Assembly: GCA_050633245.1 (NCBI GenBank)
Contig: JBOEGD010000001.1
Span: forward strand, 32,001-96,000
Length of the DNA: 64,000 bases
Reading direction: 5' to 3'
Origin: Calditrichia bacterium
GTDB taxonomy: Bacteria; Calditrichota; Calditrichia; RBG-13-44-9; J075
This document shows positions 10,071 to 19,646 of the stretch, piece by piece (position 1 is the stretch's first letter; every line of letters starts with the position of its first letter). Position numbers and translations under genes: made by a program. The notes under the pieces are model-generated. The model searched no databases. It was not told the origin of the DNA and worked only from the letters and a program-made list of their open reading frames with translations.

Positions 10071-12038
10071 CTAATCTTCTTGAATCAATGTCAGGGCATC
10101 CTCTGCTTTTTCAAGCATGGCAGCAGCAGATATCTGCTCTCCAAGTGCTTTCTGCATCCAAACCTGCGGAGCAAGGCAGCCCAGTTTACACATTCGCTCC
10201 ATTTCCCGCGCCAGATTACGCTTTTTCAAATAACTTTCAATTTGAAAAGCAATAATATGACCAATTGCATAGTCTGGTATATACATACCGCAGTAAAGTA
10301 TGTGAGAATAGATCGCGAGAATATGTTGGTTCTTCGAACCAAAAAGCGGGGTAAAATAGGTGTTCCAAATGTCCGCTGAAAGCATAAGAACCGCCTCTTT
10401 AAGTGCTTCAGGTCCAGCTTCTGGATTCTCGTACATCCAGCGCCAAATTCGCATGTCGAGCAGTGAAACGCCTGCAATTTCCAGGGTTTGCCATACAGTG
10501 TGCAACGTTTCAGATGCTTCTGATAGTACATCGTCTTTTGATAAGCCAAGTACCTGTAGATCTCTGCCTTGAAACACAAAGGCAAAGGCCTCAGTGAATG
10601 CGGTGTTTGGTACCCCCTCCAGCGTATAATAATCAATGTCGTTCATTGAAAAAACCTGCTCAACACTATGACCCAGCTCGTGCATGGCGGTATTAAACCC
10701 CTTGTAGTCCATTCCGGAACTCGGCACTCTCGTTCGTAAATGAGCGGTATCCTTACGCATTTGCGCTCCCAGGGCATGGCCAGCTCCCCTGGCGGCGTCT
10801 ACTTTAATGTAGCGTTGAAGGTAGGTGGATTTGCGCTTTGAGAAACCCAGCCCATGAAGAATATCAGACAGGCCTTTTTCAAAAGACTTTGTGTCGGAAA
10901 ATGCTTTCTGCACTTGGGCATCCAATTCTAATTCTGATGTACTTCCACTTGCGGCAAACCCGGAATACCAGATGTCAAAAGGTTCCAGTTTACGCCCCAT
11001 GCGTTTTCGAATCAAATCTGCAATTCGAGATAAGACCGGCGCATCCAGCACGCTGTGCAATAGCGCCTCAACGTTCTTTTCAGAAATCTCGCGGTTTTGC
11101 TTAAAACGACGATCTATCAAAGAAGGGGCCGAGGGCGTGAACGCATCCAGTTGTCGTTCAGCTTCAAAGGTAGACCATAAACAGGAATAACGGCGATTTT
11201 TCTCCGGGGAATCGTCTGCTGTGTGTCCCTGGTGCGGAGAAAGTTTATTTGAGTCGGGCTGCCAGTCTGCATTGGGATTGTTAATTGCCCCCTGTGGAAT
11301 TTCCTGTGAAATAATACGCTGCATGACTTTCTCAATCAGCTTTTGCTTTTCAAGTCCGTCCGGCTCAGCATACTGAGCCTTGATCTCGTCTCGCAGTCCC
11401 CAGTGACTAATTAGTTTCATCTCTTTCGGGAAAACACGTTTTCCGGATTTGTTAAGCAAATTGTGCATGTAAATATTATAGGAGTACACGTAGTCTTCTG
11501 CTGCTGCGTAAATGCTGGTGCGATGTTGTTTCACATGGCCGGGAATTCGTTCATCGAATCGGTCGGCCAATCTGGCATCGGCCCAAACATGTCGCTCCCA
11601 GGTCAAACCATCGCGATTTTTCTCTTCCAGCGTATAAAGTGGAAAGTTTAGAAGAGCAACAAATGCCAGGCGGGCTTTGAATAAATCTTCCTGGATATGT
11701 GCAAATACATCGAAATTGGCGAAAAGAGAATCTACTGGCTGCATCTCACCGGTGTCGACATGTAGTGCCCAGTTTAGTTCGCGATAGGTGCGGTGAAAGT
11801 TGCCGTATATCGACTCCAGATGTGACTGAAATCGATCGCGTAATCGGGTTAGCTTTTCCGAGTCGGAAATGAAATGCTGTTGGCAAAACTCATCGAATGT
11901 TTGATTATCTCCATCATCATCAGACCAGCGTGCTGCGACCTGACGAACGCCGCGATCTATTCGTGATTTCTGCCCTTTACCATGTGTGTTGATCAGTGAC
12001 TCTATTGTCTGGCGGGTGGCTGCAACAATACTGCTCAT
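10071..12038 (-). CDS. Uncharacterised M3/M32-like zinc metallopeptidase (gluzincin)
   Basis: HELGH zinc motif, downstream TEAFA glutamate, and H..Y.PDYAIG. Start placed at MSSIV (GAGG RBS). Confidence 0.65.
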   Translation of the reverse strand: MSSIVAATRQTIESLINTHGKGQKSRIDRGVRQVAARWSDDDGDNQTFDEFCQQHFISDSEKLTRLRDRFQSHLESIYGNFHRTYRELNWALHVDTGEMQPVDSLFANFDVFAHIQEDLFKARLAFVALLNFPLYTLEEKNRDGLTWERHVWADARLADRFDERIPGHVKQHRTSIYAAAEDYVYSYNIYMHNLLNKSGKRVFPKEMKLISHWGLRDEIKAQYAEPDGLEKQKLIEKVMQRIISQEIPQGAINNPNADWQPDSNKLSPHQGHTADDSPEKNRRYSCLWSTFEAERQLDAFTPSAPSLIDRRFKQNREISEKNVEALLHSVLDAPVLSRIADLIRKRMGRKLEPFDIWYSGFAASGSTSELELDAQVQKAFSDTKSFEKGLSDILHGLGFSKRKSTYLQRYIKVDAARGAGHALGAQMRKDTAHLRTRVPSSGMDYKGFNTAMHELGHSVEQVFSMNDIDYYTLEGVPNTAFTEAFAFVFQGRDLQVLGLSKDDVLSEASETLHTVWQTLEIAGVSLLDMRIWRWMYENPEAGPEALKEAVLMLSADIWNTYFTPLFGSKNQHILAIYSHILYCGMYIPDYAIGHIIAFQIESYLKKRNLAREMERMCKLGCLAPQVWMQKALGEQISAAAMLEKAEDALTLIQED

Positions 12039-12140
12039 ATTTTTCCTCACTTCCGTCGTCTGGTAGGCGCTATGCAGCGCCATTCTAACATTCCATGTTT
12101 CGTTCCATTTTCTTCATTTAAATGTATAACGGAAGTGGGG

Positions 12141-12197
12141 AAGTTTGGAGCAGTTTTAAAAGTAATTTGGAGCAGTTTTCAAAACTGCTCCAAACTT
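12141..12197. repeat. REP-like palindrome, TTGGAGCAGTTTT family (two left arms, one right arm)
   Basis: AAGTTTGGAGCAGTTTT (12141-12157) and TTTGGAGCAGTTTT (12166-12179) are both complementary to AAAACTGCTCCAAACTT (12181-12197). Confidence 0.7.
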
Positions 12198-12205
12198 AAG
12201 CCTGA

Positions 12206-12970
12206 TCAATTTACGACTCTCGCGCGCACCCCAAAATTTACGTTGTCCTTCAGCCACGAGAAAAAACGCTGCTGCGATTTTAGTGGGGTTTCCGGCATAA
12301 ATATATCCGGATCCTTCCAGGTTCGCATCACTTCCGCATCCTGCGTCCAAACCTTAACGCGCTTGCGCTTCACCTCTGTCTGCCAACGTGTAGCGACAAC
12401 CGCATCGGTATAAAGCAGCCTCAACGTTACGTTTCTGGAAAGAGTTTCAAGAGGCTTTACGGCAACGCTTTCGTAGGGAGTTGCCCCCTCCTTGCTGATA
12501 TCGGGAATGCCATCACTTAGCATAACGATAGAGATTGGCCGCAGTAACAGGTTCTTATTCTTTATATGAAGCGCGATTTGCTCGAAAAAAGCGTTGTAAT
12601 CAGTAAATCGGTTTACCTTTCCTCTGGGAAATATCTCTCGCAGGCGTTCTCTTATTTCATCTACAGACTTGTTTTGAAAGGTCTGAATCGGGTAAAATGT
12701 TTTCGGTTCGTCCGCGGTGGCACCACCTATTGAGCTGACAAATAGCTTCTGCGGTGTTTCGAGCTCGCCCAGTTTGTTGAGATGGCTATAAATATAATGA
12801 GCGAGAAAATCCAGTGAGTCTTCAAAGTATGGGCTCTTGGCAAAGGAGCCGCTAATGTCGACTCCTACAAACATGCAGAGCCTGGGTTTCTTCTCGCCGG
12901 TTGTAAGACAGCTGATCGTAAAGAAGGATAATAAAAGCAATATAATGGCGAAATATTTATGTCTATTCAT
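12206..12970 (-). CDS. vWA-domain lipoprotein
   Basis: Lipobox-like FTISC; MIDAS motif VDISGS, conserved T (FTDY) and LSDG. Confidence 0.75.
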   Translation of the reverse strand: MNRHKYFAIILLLLSFFTISCLTTGEKKPRLCMFVGVDISGSFAKSPYFEDSLDFLAHYIYSHLNKLGELETPQKLFVSSIGGATADEPKTFYPIQTFQNKSVDEIRERLREIFPRGKVNRFTDYNAFFEQIALHIKNKNLLLRPISIVMLSDGIPDISKEGATPYESVAVKPLETLSRNVTLRLLYTDAVVATRWQTEVKRKRVKVWTQDAEVMRTWKDPDIFMPETPLKSQQRFFSWLKDNVNFGVRARVVN

Positions 12971-13011
12971 GATGTATTCTCTCTCTTAATCTATTTTTCA
13001 ACCCCTTTTGG

Positions 13012-14247
13012 CTAGGCGTCGCGTAGCGATTGTTCTTTTCTATCCATTTTTTTCATGAGTGTGTTCGCGCTGCCGATTTCGCTGATGCTCTTGAAGGGAA
13101 GCTCAAACAAGTGCTTACCGTTAATAAGTAGAGCACAAAAGTTTATCGCTGCGGCGACTATCTGGAGTGGGGGAAGCATAAATGTAGATAGTAGATGTTC
13201 ACCCTTATCCTCAACCCAACTAATATCGGAGCGGATTTTAGCCAAAAATGAAGAGAACACTTCCGTATAAGATGGCTTAGGTTCTGGCGCTTTCTTGGCA
13301 TTTTTCTCAGATCCTGTTTCCTGTTCTTCAACACCGCGCCCCTGAATCATTGAGAGAATGACAGGGGTGCCATGTGCTGCAAACAGAAACCACGACAGGC
13401 TTCGAATACCAAACCAGGCAAGTGCAGCAATGGCAAGGGTCGAAAATAATCCGAGTTCAAAATTGTCTGAATATTGCGCGAACCATGGAACCAGCGCATC
13501 AACAAACTCGCGATACAGAAACAACACCTCAACCATAAGTACCACAACCTCAATTACAAGAACGCCCAAAATTGCCGGAATATTTTTACTCTTCACTACC
13601 TCAAGAAAATTTGCCAATACGGCGTAACTCCCCAAAATTACCAGTAGCATAAAGATGAAGAGTGGAATACGAATCATTGTCTCGCTGAGTTGTTCACCAG
13701 TAATATTAGAGAAGGTGTCTATCACCAACGGAGTGGTTACATAGGTAAAGATAATGGCTTCGATAAAACACCAGAAGAGAGTCAGGACAACAGCAACCCA
13801 CGGGACGCTGGATTTTAATACGTGCTGGCCACCCTGTCGTAAAACTCTGAACGGCAGTAATATTGTATCATGCAGAATGGAGAGTATTCCCATCACGGTA
13901 ATTTTGATGAGGCCTACCAGTGCTGCAACCAGATAGAGCAGGAAACGCACAACCCCACCCCAAAATGCCACAATAGATTTCCCCATGTCCCACCACGTAA
14001 TGAAGATGAGCGTAATAAATTGCTGTCGGTTTTGCCGAACCAGCACCGTTAACATGCATGCTACGGTTAACCAGCAGGCAAAAATAATTGCTGCGACAGG
14101 AAGTAGAAGCAAGCAGCGTTTTGCAAGCATAATCCACATGTCGTCTGAACTTCCCCAGGCAAACGCCAGGAAGGAATCCTGAAAGAAGGTTGGGAAGAAT
14201 AGTATTGCTACAAGCATTTTAATTAAGGCGCTGTTATCAGAAAGCAT
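13012..14247 (-). CDS. Polytopic membrane protein of unknown function, co-oriented upstream of the vWA lipoprotein
   Basis: About 8-9 hydrophobic segments. Start placed at MLSDNS (GAGGGG RBS). Confidence 0.7.
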   Translation of the reverse strand: MLSDNSALIKMLVAILFFPTFFQDSFLAFAWGSSDDMWIMLAKRCLLLLPVAAIIFACWLTVACMLTVLVRQNRQQFITLIFITWWDMGKSIVAFWGGVVRFLLYLVAALVGLIKITVMGILSILHDTILLPFRVLRQGGQHVLKSSVPWVAVVLTLFWCFIEAIIFTYVTTPLVIDTFSNITGEQLSETMIRIPLFIFMLLVILGSYAVLANFLEVVKSKNIPAILGVLVIEVVVLMVEVLFLYREFVDALVPWFAQYSDNFELGLFSTLAIAALAWFGIRSLSWFLFAAHGTPVILSMIQGRGVEEQETGSEKNAKKAPEPKPSYTEVFSSFLAKIRSDISWVEDKGEHLLSTFMLPPLQIVAAAINFCALLINGKHLFELPFKSISEIGSANTLMKKMDRKEQSLRDA

Positions 14248-14613
14248 AATTAACCCCTCGGTTTTAATTCCCGTTGGTGGGAAAATGTGATACACGTCAA
14301 AAATTTGACTGCTTTTGTAAAAATACTGCACAGCCTGACAGGCTCCCTTTTGAGCCCCGCAAGAACGATATCCCTTTATTACCTGCTGATAATGCGACAC
14401 TTACCTATGGCGCGATGAGGGTTATACGAGTTTTACAGGTGTAAATTGCCCGTATCAACGTTCTGAATAAGGCAATTTGCATACCTGAAAATTAAAAAGG
14501 GGTTTTGGTAAGACATGTTGGAGAAAATATGAAGCGGAGATAACCCTTGATATCGAGGTGTCGAATTTTTAGAATATAGCTTCTGTTCGAAACTCATTCG
14601 AGAAAGGTTAAAT

Positions 14614-15342
14614 ATGAAAGTTTTAGGTGTTGACGTTGGTGGATCAGGAATAAAAGGAGCAATTGTTGATACGAATACGGGGGTACTGCTTGAAGAACGT
14701 TTTCGTTTGGATACTCCGCAGCCGGCGCATCCTGATGTCGTTGCAGAAACCGTAAACAAAGTAGTAAAACATTTTGATTGGAAGGGGCCGGTTGGCTGTG
14801 GATTTCCTGCTGTTGTTCGCAATGGATTAGTTAAGACAGCGTCAAACATTTCTAAAAAATGGATTAATGTGTCTGCTGAAAAGCTGTTCTCCAAGACTAC
14901 TGGCTGCGAGGTTCGGGTCATGAATGATGCCGATGTTGCTGGTCTTGCCGAAATGAAGTTTGGGGCAGGCAAGGGTAATATGGGGAGTATTGTCATGATT
15001 ACAATCGGAACCGGATTGGGCAGTGCGCTGTTTCGAAACGGTATTTTATTCCCCAATACCGAGTTTGGGCATTTCAAGCTAAAGGGCGATATTGCTGAAC
15101 ACTATGCGGCAAACTCGGTGCGGAAAAAAGAAGACCTCAGCTGGAAAAAGTGGGGAAAACGCTTCAATCACTATCTGGAAGAGGTTGAGTTACTTGTTGC
15201 ACCGGACCTGATAATTCTTGGTGGTGGGGCCAGTAAAAAAATTGATCGTTTTGAAGACGAAATTGAAATTGAAACAGAAGTCGTTACCGCTACGTTATTA
15301 AACGAAGCGGGAATTGTTGGTGCTGCCCTATCAATTTTATAA
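14614..15342 (+). CDS. ppgK: Polyphosphate glucokinase (ROK family)
   Basis: GVDVGGSGIKGA, NDADVAGLAEM, GTGLGSALF, PNTEFGH, NEAGIVGAA. Confidence 0.9.
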   Translation: MKVLGVDVGGSGIKGAIVDTNTGVLLEERFRLDTPQPAHPDVVAETVNKVVKHFDWKGPVGCGFPAVVRNGLVKTASNISKKWINVSAEKLFSKTTGCEVRVMNDADVAGLAEMKFGAGKGNMGSIVMITIGTGLGSALFRNGILFPNTEFGHFKLKGDIAEHYAANSVRKKEDLSWKKWGKRFNHYLEEVELLVAPDLIILGGGASKKIDRFEDEIEIETEVVTATLLNEAGIVGAALSIL

Positions 15343-15351
15343 CTAACGACA

Positions 15352-16152
15352 ATGGAGATGAATATGCGTTCTCATGAAGTGGACTATGAAGTATTTGGTG
15401 ATGATTTGCAGGTAGTCGAAGTAGAGCTGGATCCCGGAGAAACAGTAATTGCAGAAGCCGGTGCAATGAACTGGATGGAAGAGAATATTGAGTTTGAGGC
15501 GCGAATGGGCGATGGTTCGACCGCTGAACAGGGACTTCTTGGAAAACTCATGAATGTAGGTAAACGCGTATTAACCGGCGAATCGATTTTTATGACGCAC
15601 TTTACAAACAGTGGCTCTGGCAAACGGCGAGTTGCTTTTGGTGCACCGTATCCCGGAAAGATAATGCCCATTGATTTGGATGAAGTAAATGGAGAGTTAC
15701 TCTGTCAAAAAGATGCATTCTTATGTGCAGCATTAGGTACACAGGTAACAATTGCGTTTAATAAGCGCCTTGGCTCTGGTTTCTTCGGCGGTGAAGGTTT
15801 TATTCTACAGCGCCTGAAAGGCGATGGTATGACTTTTATACACGCCGGAGGAACGGTCATCAAGAAGGAGCTGAGAGGAGAAACCCTGCGGGTAGATACC
15901 GGTTGTCTTGTCGCGTTTACTAAAGGAGTCGATTATAATATTCAAGCAGCGGGCGGATTAAAATCTATGTTCTTTGGTGGCGAGGGCATTTTTCTGGCCA
16001 CTTTAAAAGGACATGGAACGGTTTATTTACAGAGCCTTCCGTTTTCAAGACTTGCCGACCGCGTGCTGCAACACGCCCCTTCTGTTACCGGTAGAAGTAA
16101 GGGAGAAGGCTCGGTTTTGGGATCGCTCGGAGGCATGATCTCCGGTGATTAG
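15352..16152 (+). CDS. TIGR00266/AIM24 family protein
   Basis: [41 protein letters not shown]. Confidence 0.9.
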   Translation: MEMNMRSHEVDYEVFGDDLQVVEVELDPGETVIAEAGAMNWMEENIEFEARMGDGSTAEQGLLGKLMNVGKRVLTGESIFMTHFTNSGSGKRRVAFGAPYPGKIMPIDLDEVNGELLCQKDAFLCAALGTQVTIAFNKRLGSGFFGGEGFILQRLKGDGMTFIHAGGTVIKKELRGETLRVDTGCLVAFTKGVDYNIQAAGGLKSMFFGGEGIFLATLKGHGTVYLQSLPFSRLADRVLQHAPSVTGRSKGEGSVLGSLGGMISGD

Positions 16153-16249
16153 ATTAAAGAAATACCATCAACTGATTCTAAATACATCCTTATCACAATG
16201 CAGGAAACCATCCTGCGATATTACCTATGTCATGACATTGAGGCCAATT

Positions 16250-18037
16250 ATGAAAAGAGCAATTTTCACCGCATTTCTTGCCGCGTTCGTTGCATGCGCT
16301 GCGCCCGATTCGCTAAGTCAAAAAACCGTTCAGACTTTTTTAGACGATTATAACACTGAATTCCAGAGTTTGTATTATGCCTCGGCAGAAGCAGAATGGA
16401 AGTCTAATACTTACATAGTTGAAGGCGATGAAGAAACAGAGGCTGCAACAAAATCTGCTAATGAAGCATTTGCCTCGTTTACCGGAAGCAAAGAAAACAT
16501 AGAGAAAGCTACGATTTTTCTAAAGGCCAGAAAGGAGTTGACTCCGCTTCAGGTTAAGCAGCTTGAGAGTATCCTGTATACCGCCGCAAATAATCCGCAA
16601 ACTGTTCCAGCGCTGGTTAAGCAGCGCATTGAGGCAGAGGCTAAGCAAACCAGCAAGCTATATGGCTTTCCGTTTAAGTTAAATGAAAAAGATATCACAA
16701 CAGGCGGACTCGACCGCATACTCCGCGAAGGCAAAAAGCTTGATGAGCGTCTCGCGGCGTGGGAAGCAAGCAAAGAAGTTGGAACTGTGCTAAAAGACGG
16801 CTTACAGAATTTGCGCAAGCTGCGTAATGAAACGGTAAAAGCTCTGGGCTATAGTGACTACTTCAGCTATCAGGTTTCAGACTATGGAATGACAACTAAA
16901 GAAATGATGGAAATGAATCAGCGTTTTCTTCAGGAAATTCGTCCGCTTTTTCGCGAACTCCATACCTATGCGAGATATGAATTAGCGAAGCGCTACGGTG
17001 CTCAGGAGGTGCCGGAGTATCTCCCGGCACATTGGCTGCCAAACCGCTGGGGGCAGGATTGGAGCTCGATGATCACTGTAGAAGGCCTGGATCTCAACGG
17101 TGCGCTTAAAGACAAAAGTCCCGAATGGATTGTTCGTGAAGGCGAAGAATTTTACAAAAGCATTGGGCTGGGGCCATTACCAAAAAGCTTCTATGAGAAG
17201 TCTGATATGTATCCGCTTCCAGAAGGCACAGACTATAAGAAAAATAATCATGCTTCGGCATGGCACATGAATTTGGAAAATGATATTCGTTGTTTGATGA
17301 GCGTCGAGCCGACAGCGGATTATTATGAAACGGTTCATCACGAGTTGGGACATATTTATTACTATATCGCATATACCAATCCGGATGTGCCACTGTTACT
17401 GCGTGGTGGTGCGAATCGCGCGTATCATGAAGGTGTTGGAAGCTTGCTTGGCTTGGCAGCAATGCAAAAGCCGTTTTTGGTTGGACGTGGTTTAATTGCT
17501 GAGGATAGTAAGACCGATGAACTACGCACTTTGTTGCGTGAGGCGTTAAACTATATCGTATTTATGCCATTCTCATCAGGTGTAATGACAGAATTTGAGT
17601 ACGAGCTTTACTCCAATAATCTTCCAGTTGATCAATACAATGCGAAGTGGTGGGAGCTGAAGAAGAAACATCAGGGAATTGTAGCGCCTTCTGGTCGTGG
17701 AGAGGAATATTGTGATGCCGCCTCGAAAACACACATCAACAACGACGCTGCGCAATATTATGACTATGCGCTTTCCTATGTGTTGTTGTTTCAGTTACAC
17801 GATCATATCTCGCGCAATATTTTAAAAAGCAACCCACGCGCAACCAACTATTATGGAAATAAAGAAGTTGGTTCCTTCCTGCAGTCTATTCTTTCAAAGG
17901 GTGCTAGTGAGGATTGGCGCGAGTTGATGAAGGAGACTCTTGGTGAAGAACTAAGTGCCAGTGCAATGCTTACCTATTTCGAGCCGTTGACTGAATATCT
18001 TAAAGAGCAAAATAAGGGTCGTAAGCATACCCTGTAA
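16250..18037 (+). CDS. M2-family peptidyl-dipeptidase (ACE-like), probable lipoprotein
   Basis: PAHWLPNRWGQDW, HASAW, HHELGH, GAN.AYHEGVG. Start MKRAIF..FVAC with lipobox. Confidence 0.88.
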   Translation: MKRAIFTAFLAAFVACAAPDSLSQKTVQTFLDDYNTEFQSLYYASAEAEWKSNTYIVEGDEETEAATKSANEAFASFTGSKENIEKATIFLKARKELTPLQVKQLESILYTAANNPQTVPALVKQRIEAEAKQTSKLYGFPFKLNEKDITTGGLDRILREGKKLDERLAAWEASKEVGTVLKDGLQNLRKLRNETVKALGYSDYFSYQVSDYGMTTKEMMEMNQRFLQEIRPLFRELHTYARYELAKRYGAQEVPEYLPAHWLPNRWGQDWSSMITVEGLDLNGALKDKSPEWIVREGEEFYKSIGLGPLPKSFYEKSDMYPLPEGTDYKKNNHASAWHMNLENDIRCLMSVEPTADYYETVHHELGHIYYYIAYTNPDVPLLLRGGANRAYHEGVGSLLGLAAMQKPFLVGRGLIAEDSKTDELRTLLREALNYIVFMPFSSGVMTEFEYELYSNNLPVDQYNAKWWELKKKHQGIVAPSGRGEEYCDAASKTHINNDAAQYYDYALSYVLLFQLHDHISRNILKSNPRATNYYGNKEVGSFLQSILSKGASEDWRELMKETLGEELSASAMLTYFEPLTEYLKEQNKGRKHTL

Positions 18038-18059
18038 GTTGCAATATAGCTAAAATCGT

Positions 18060-18117
18060 AAAGCCCCGGCCAGCTCTGAATCGGATTACTCCGTCAGATT
18101 GACCGGGGCTTTTTTTT
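18060..18117. terminator. Rho-independent terminator between convergent operons
   Basis: AAAGCCCCGG...CCGGGGCTTT long hairpin followed by a T-run. Confidence 0.8.
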
Positions 18118-18152
18118 GCCCTTAGCAATTCAACAGGTTGGAAGGCAGCTAA

Positions 18153-18566
18153 TTACGAAATACTCCTTTCGACGGACCTCGGCACTTCCTGTGAATAGAT
18201 GCCAATCGCGTTACCTTCCGGATCTTCAAACACTGCAAAATATCCCAAGTCTTTATGTAGAGCAGTAATAGGTGTAATTATTCTGCCACCGTGCTCTATA
18301 ATTCGGTTCAACAACACGTCCAGATCAGAACCAACAGAGATGTAAATAAGTGCCGGGTTTATCGGTTGCAGCAATCCCGATCGAAATAAGAGGGTTCCCA
18401 CATATCCTGAACGTTGAGTATGTGGAACCAGTGCTAAATGAAAGTTTCCATGCTGTTCGATTGACAATCGCCTCTGAAAAATACGAGAATAAAAGTCCAC
18501 TGCTTCATGAAAGCGTGAGACCGGAATCTCGAACCAGTGTTGTTGGCTATTCTTCTGCGTTAGCAA
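18153..18566 (-). CDS. VOC/glyoxalase-bleomycin resistance family protein
   Basis: HWFEIPV..AVDFYSRIF, LIYISV, GG.II.P, GYFAVFEDPEGNAIGI. TTG start with AAGGAA RBS. Confidence 0.85.
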   Translation of the reverse strand: MLTQKNSQQHWFEIPVSRFHEAVDFYSRIFQRRLSIEQHGNFHLALVPHTQRSGYVGTLLFRSGLLQPINPALIYISVGSDLDVLLNRIIEHGGRIITPITALHKDLGYFAVFEDPEGNAIGIYSQEVPRSVERSIS

Positions 18567-18623
18567 GTTGTATCTTCCTTCATAGCTATCCAGGTGATTA
18601 GGTTGCTCTAAGCAACGACGACA

Positions 18624-19625
18624 TTATTGTGTAGAAAGCACGGCCGGGCTTTTCTCCACCAGCTCGCGAGGATTGACTTTTTGTGCCCCAATCAGCTCTG
18701 ACTTAATGCGTTGACGGATTTGTTCTTGCCGCATGGCGACTGTTTCTTCAGCTTCGACCTTTAATGCTTCGGCACTTAGTGGCTGTTCCATGCTGGCAAT
18801 GGCATCCTGCTCACAGAAGTAGGTAGCACGCAATACGTCTGCCATGCGTCCATACGGGCCGCGAATATCGGCTTGCTGTAGATATTTCTCGATCAGACTT
18901 TGCGCATATCGCTTCGTCATTCTTCGCGCACCATAGCGACCGTTAACGAGAAATAAGTCTGAGCCCTTTTGCTTACGCTTTTCCAGGTAGAGGCTCAACA
19001 GCGTGAGAACATTATCACTGAGAACGACTTCAGTGTCGGTGCGCCCAATAGCCGAAACGTCTATTTTAATAGATCCGCTTTCCAGTTTAAAACTACCGCA
19101 GGCTCGCGATTCAGTTAGCGAAGTAATGCTGCCGTCAGCAGAAACCGTAAGATCGACGGCTTCGCTGATAGAGCATCCGGTATCGAGAAGGAACTGCACC
19201 AACAGTGCAGAGGCGCGCTGTGTATCGTTGCGAACATTCTTGGCAATGAATTCATCTAGTGTCTCACGCTCGGGAGCGGAAAGTCCCTGAAGGCGTTCGA
19301 ATGGTGATTCTTCAAGTTTTATGATATCTGACAAACCAGGCTCAATAGAAAACCGGGCATCTTCCAGATAACGAAGAAAACTTTTGAGAGCTGGCAGGTA
19401 GCCTTTCTGAGCAGACTCGGAAAGACGAATACCTTCGTCAGTTTGCTCCCAGCGACTGTAGCGCCATTCATGGGCAATCTTCTCGGCATTGATTTGCTCA
19501 ATTTCCTTAATCTTGAGATTGCGGAAAATCATCGGAATATTTCCCATATAAGTAATGACACTATCCCGCGGTAGGCGTCGGTCCGTCTCCAGGTAACTTT
19601 TATATGCTTTTAAAACATCATACAT
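18624..19625 (-). CDS. Tyrosine-recombinase (XerC/D-like) fold protein lacking catalytic residues
   Basis: SAM-like N-domain (ALKSFLRYL). Box I reads DTGCSISE (Arg replaced by Ser); HxxR reads DVLR; no GH..T..Y box. Intact ORF with AAGGAG RBS. Confidence 0.75.
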   Translation of the reverse strand: MYDVLKAYKSYLETDRRLPRDSVITYMGNIPMIFRNLKIKEIEQINAEKIAHEWRYSRWEQTDEGIRLSESAQKGYLPALKSFLRYLEDARFSIEPGLSDIIKLEESPFERLQGLSAPERETLDEFIAKNVRNDTQRASALLVQFLLDTGCSISEAVDLTVSADGSITSLTESRACGSFKLESGSIKIDVSAIGRTDTEVVLSDNVLTLLSLYLEKRKQKGSDLFLVNGRYGARRMTKRYAQSLIEKYLQQADIRGPYGRMADVLRATYFCEQDAIASMEQPLSAEALKVEAEETVAMRQEQIRQRIKSELIGAQKVNPRELVEKSPAVLSTQ

Positions 19626-19646
19626 GAGAAAGCTCCTTTCCGTGGG

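Noticed and set aside
18624-19625. Active integrase marking a prophage or ICE
   Set aside because: Catalytic residues are missing, and no tRNA, att-like direct repeat, phage or conjugation genes are visible nearby.
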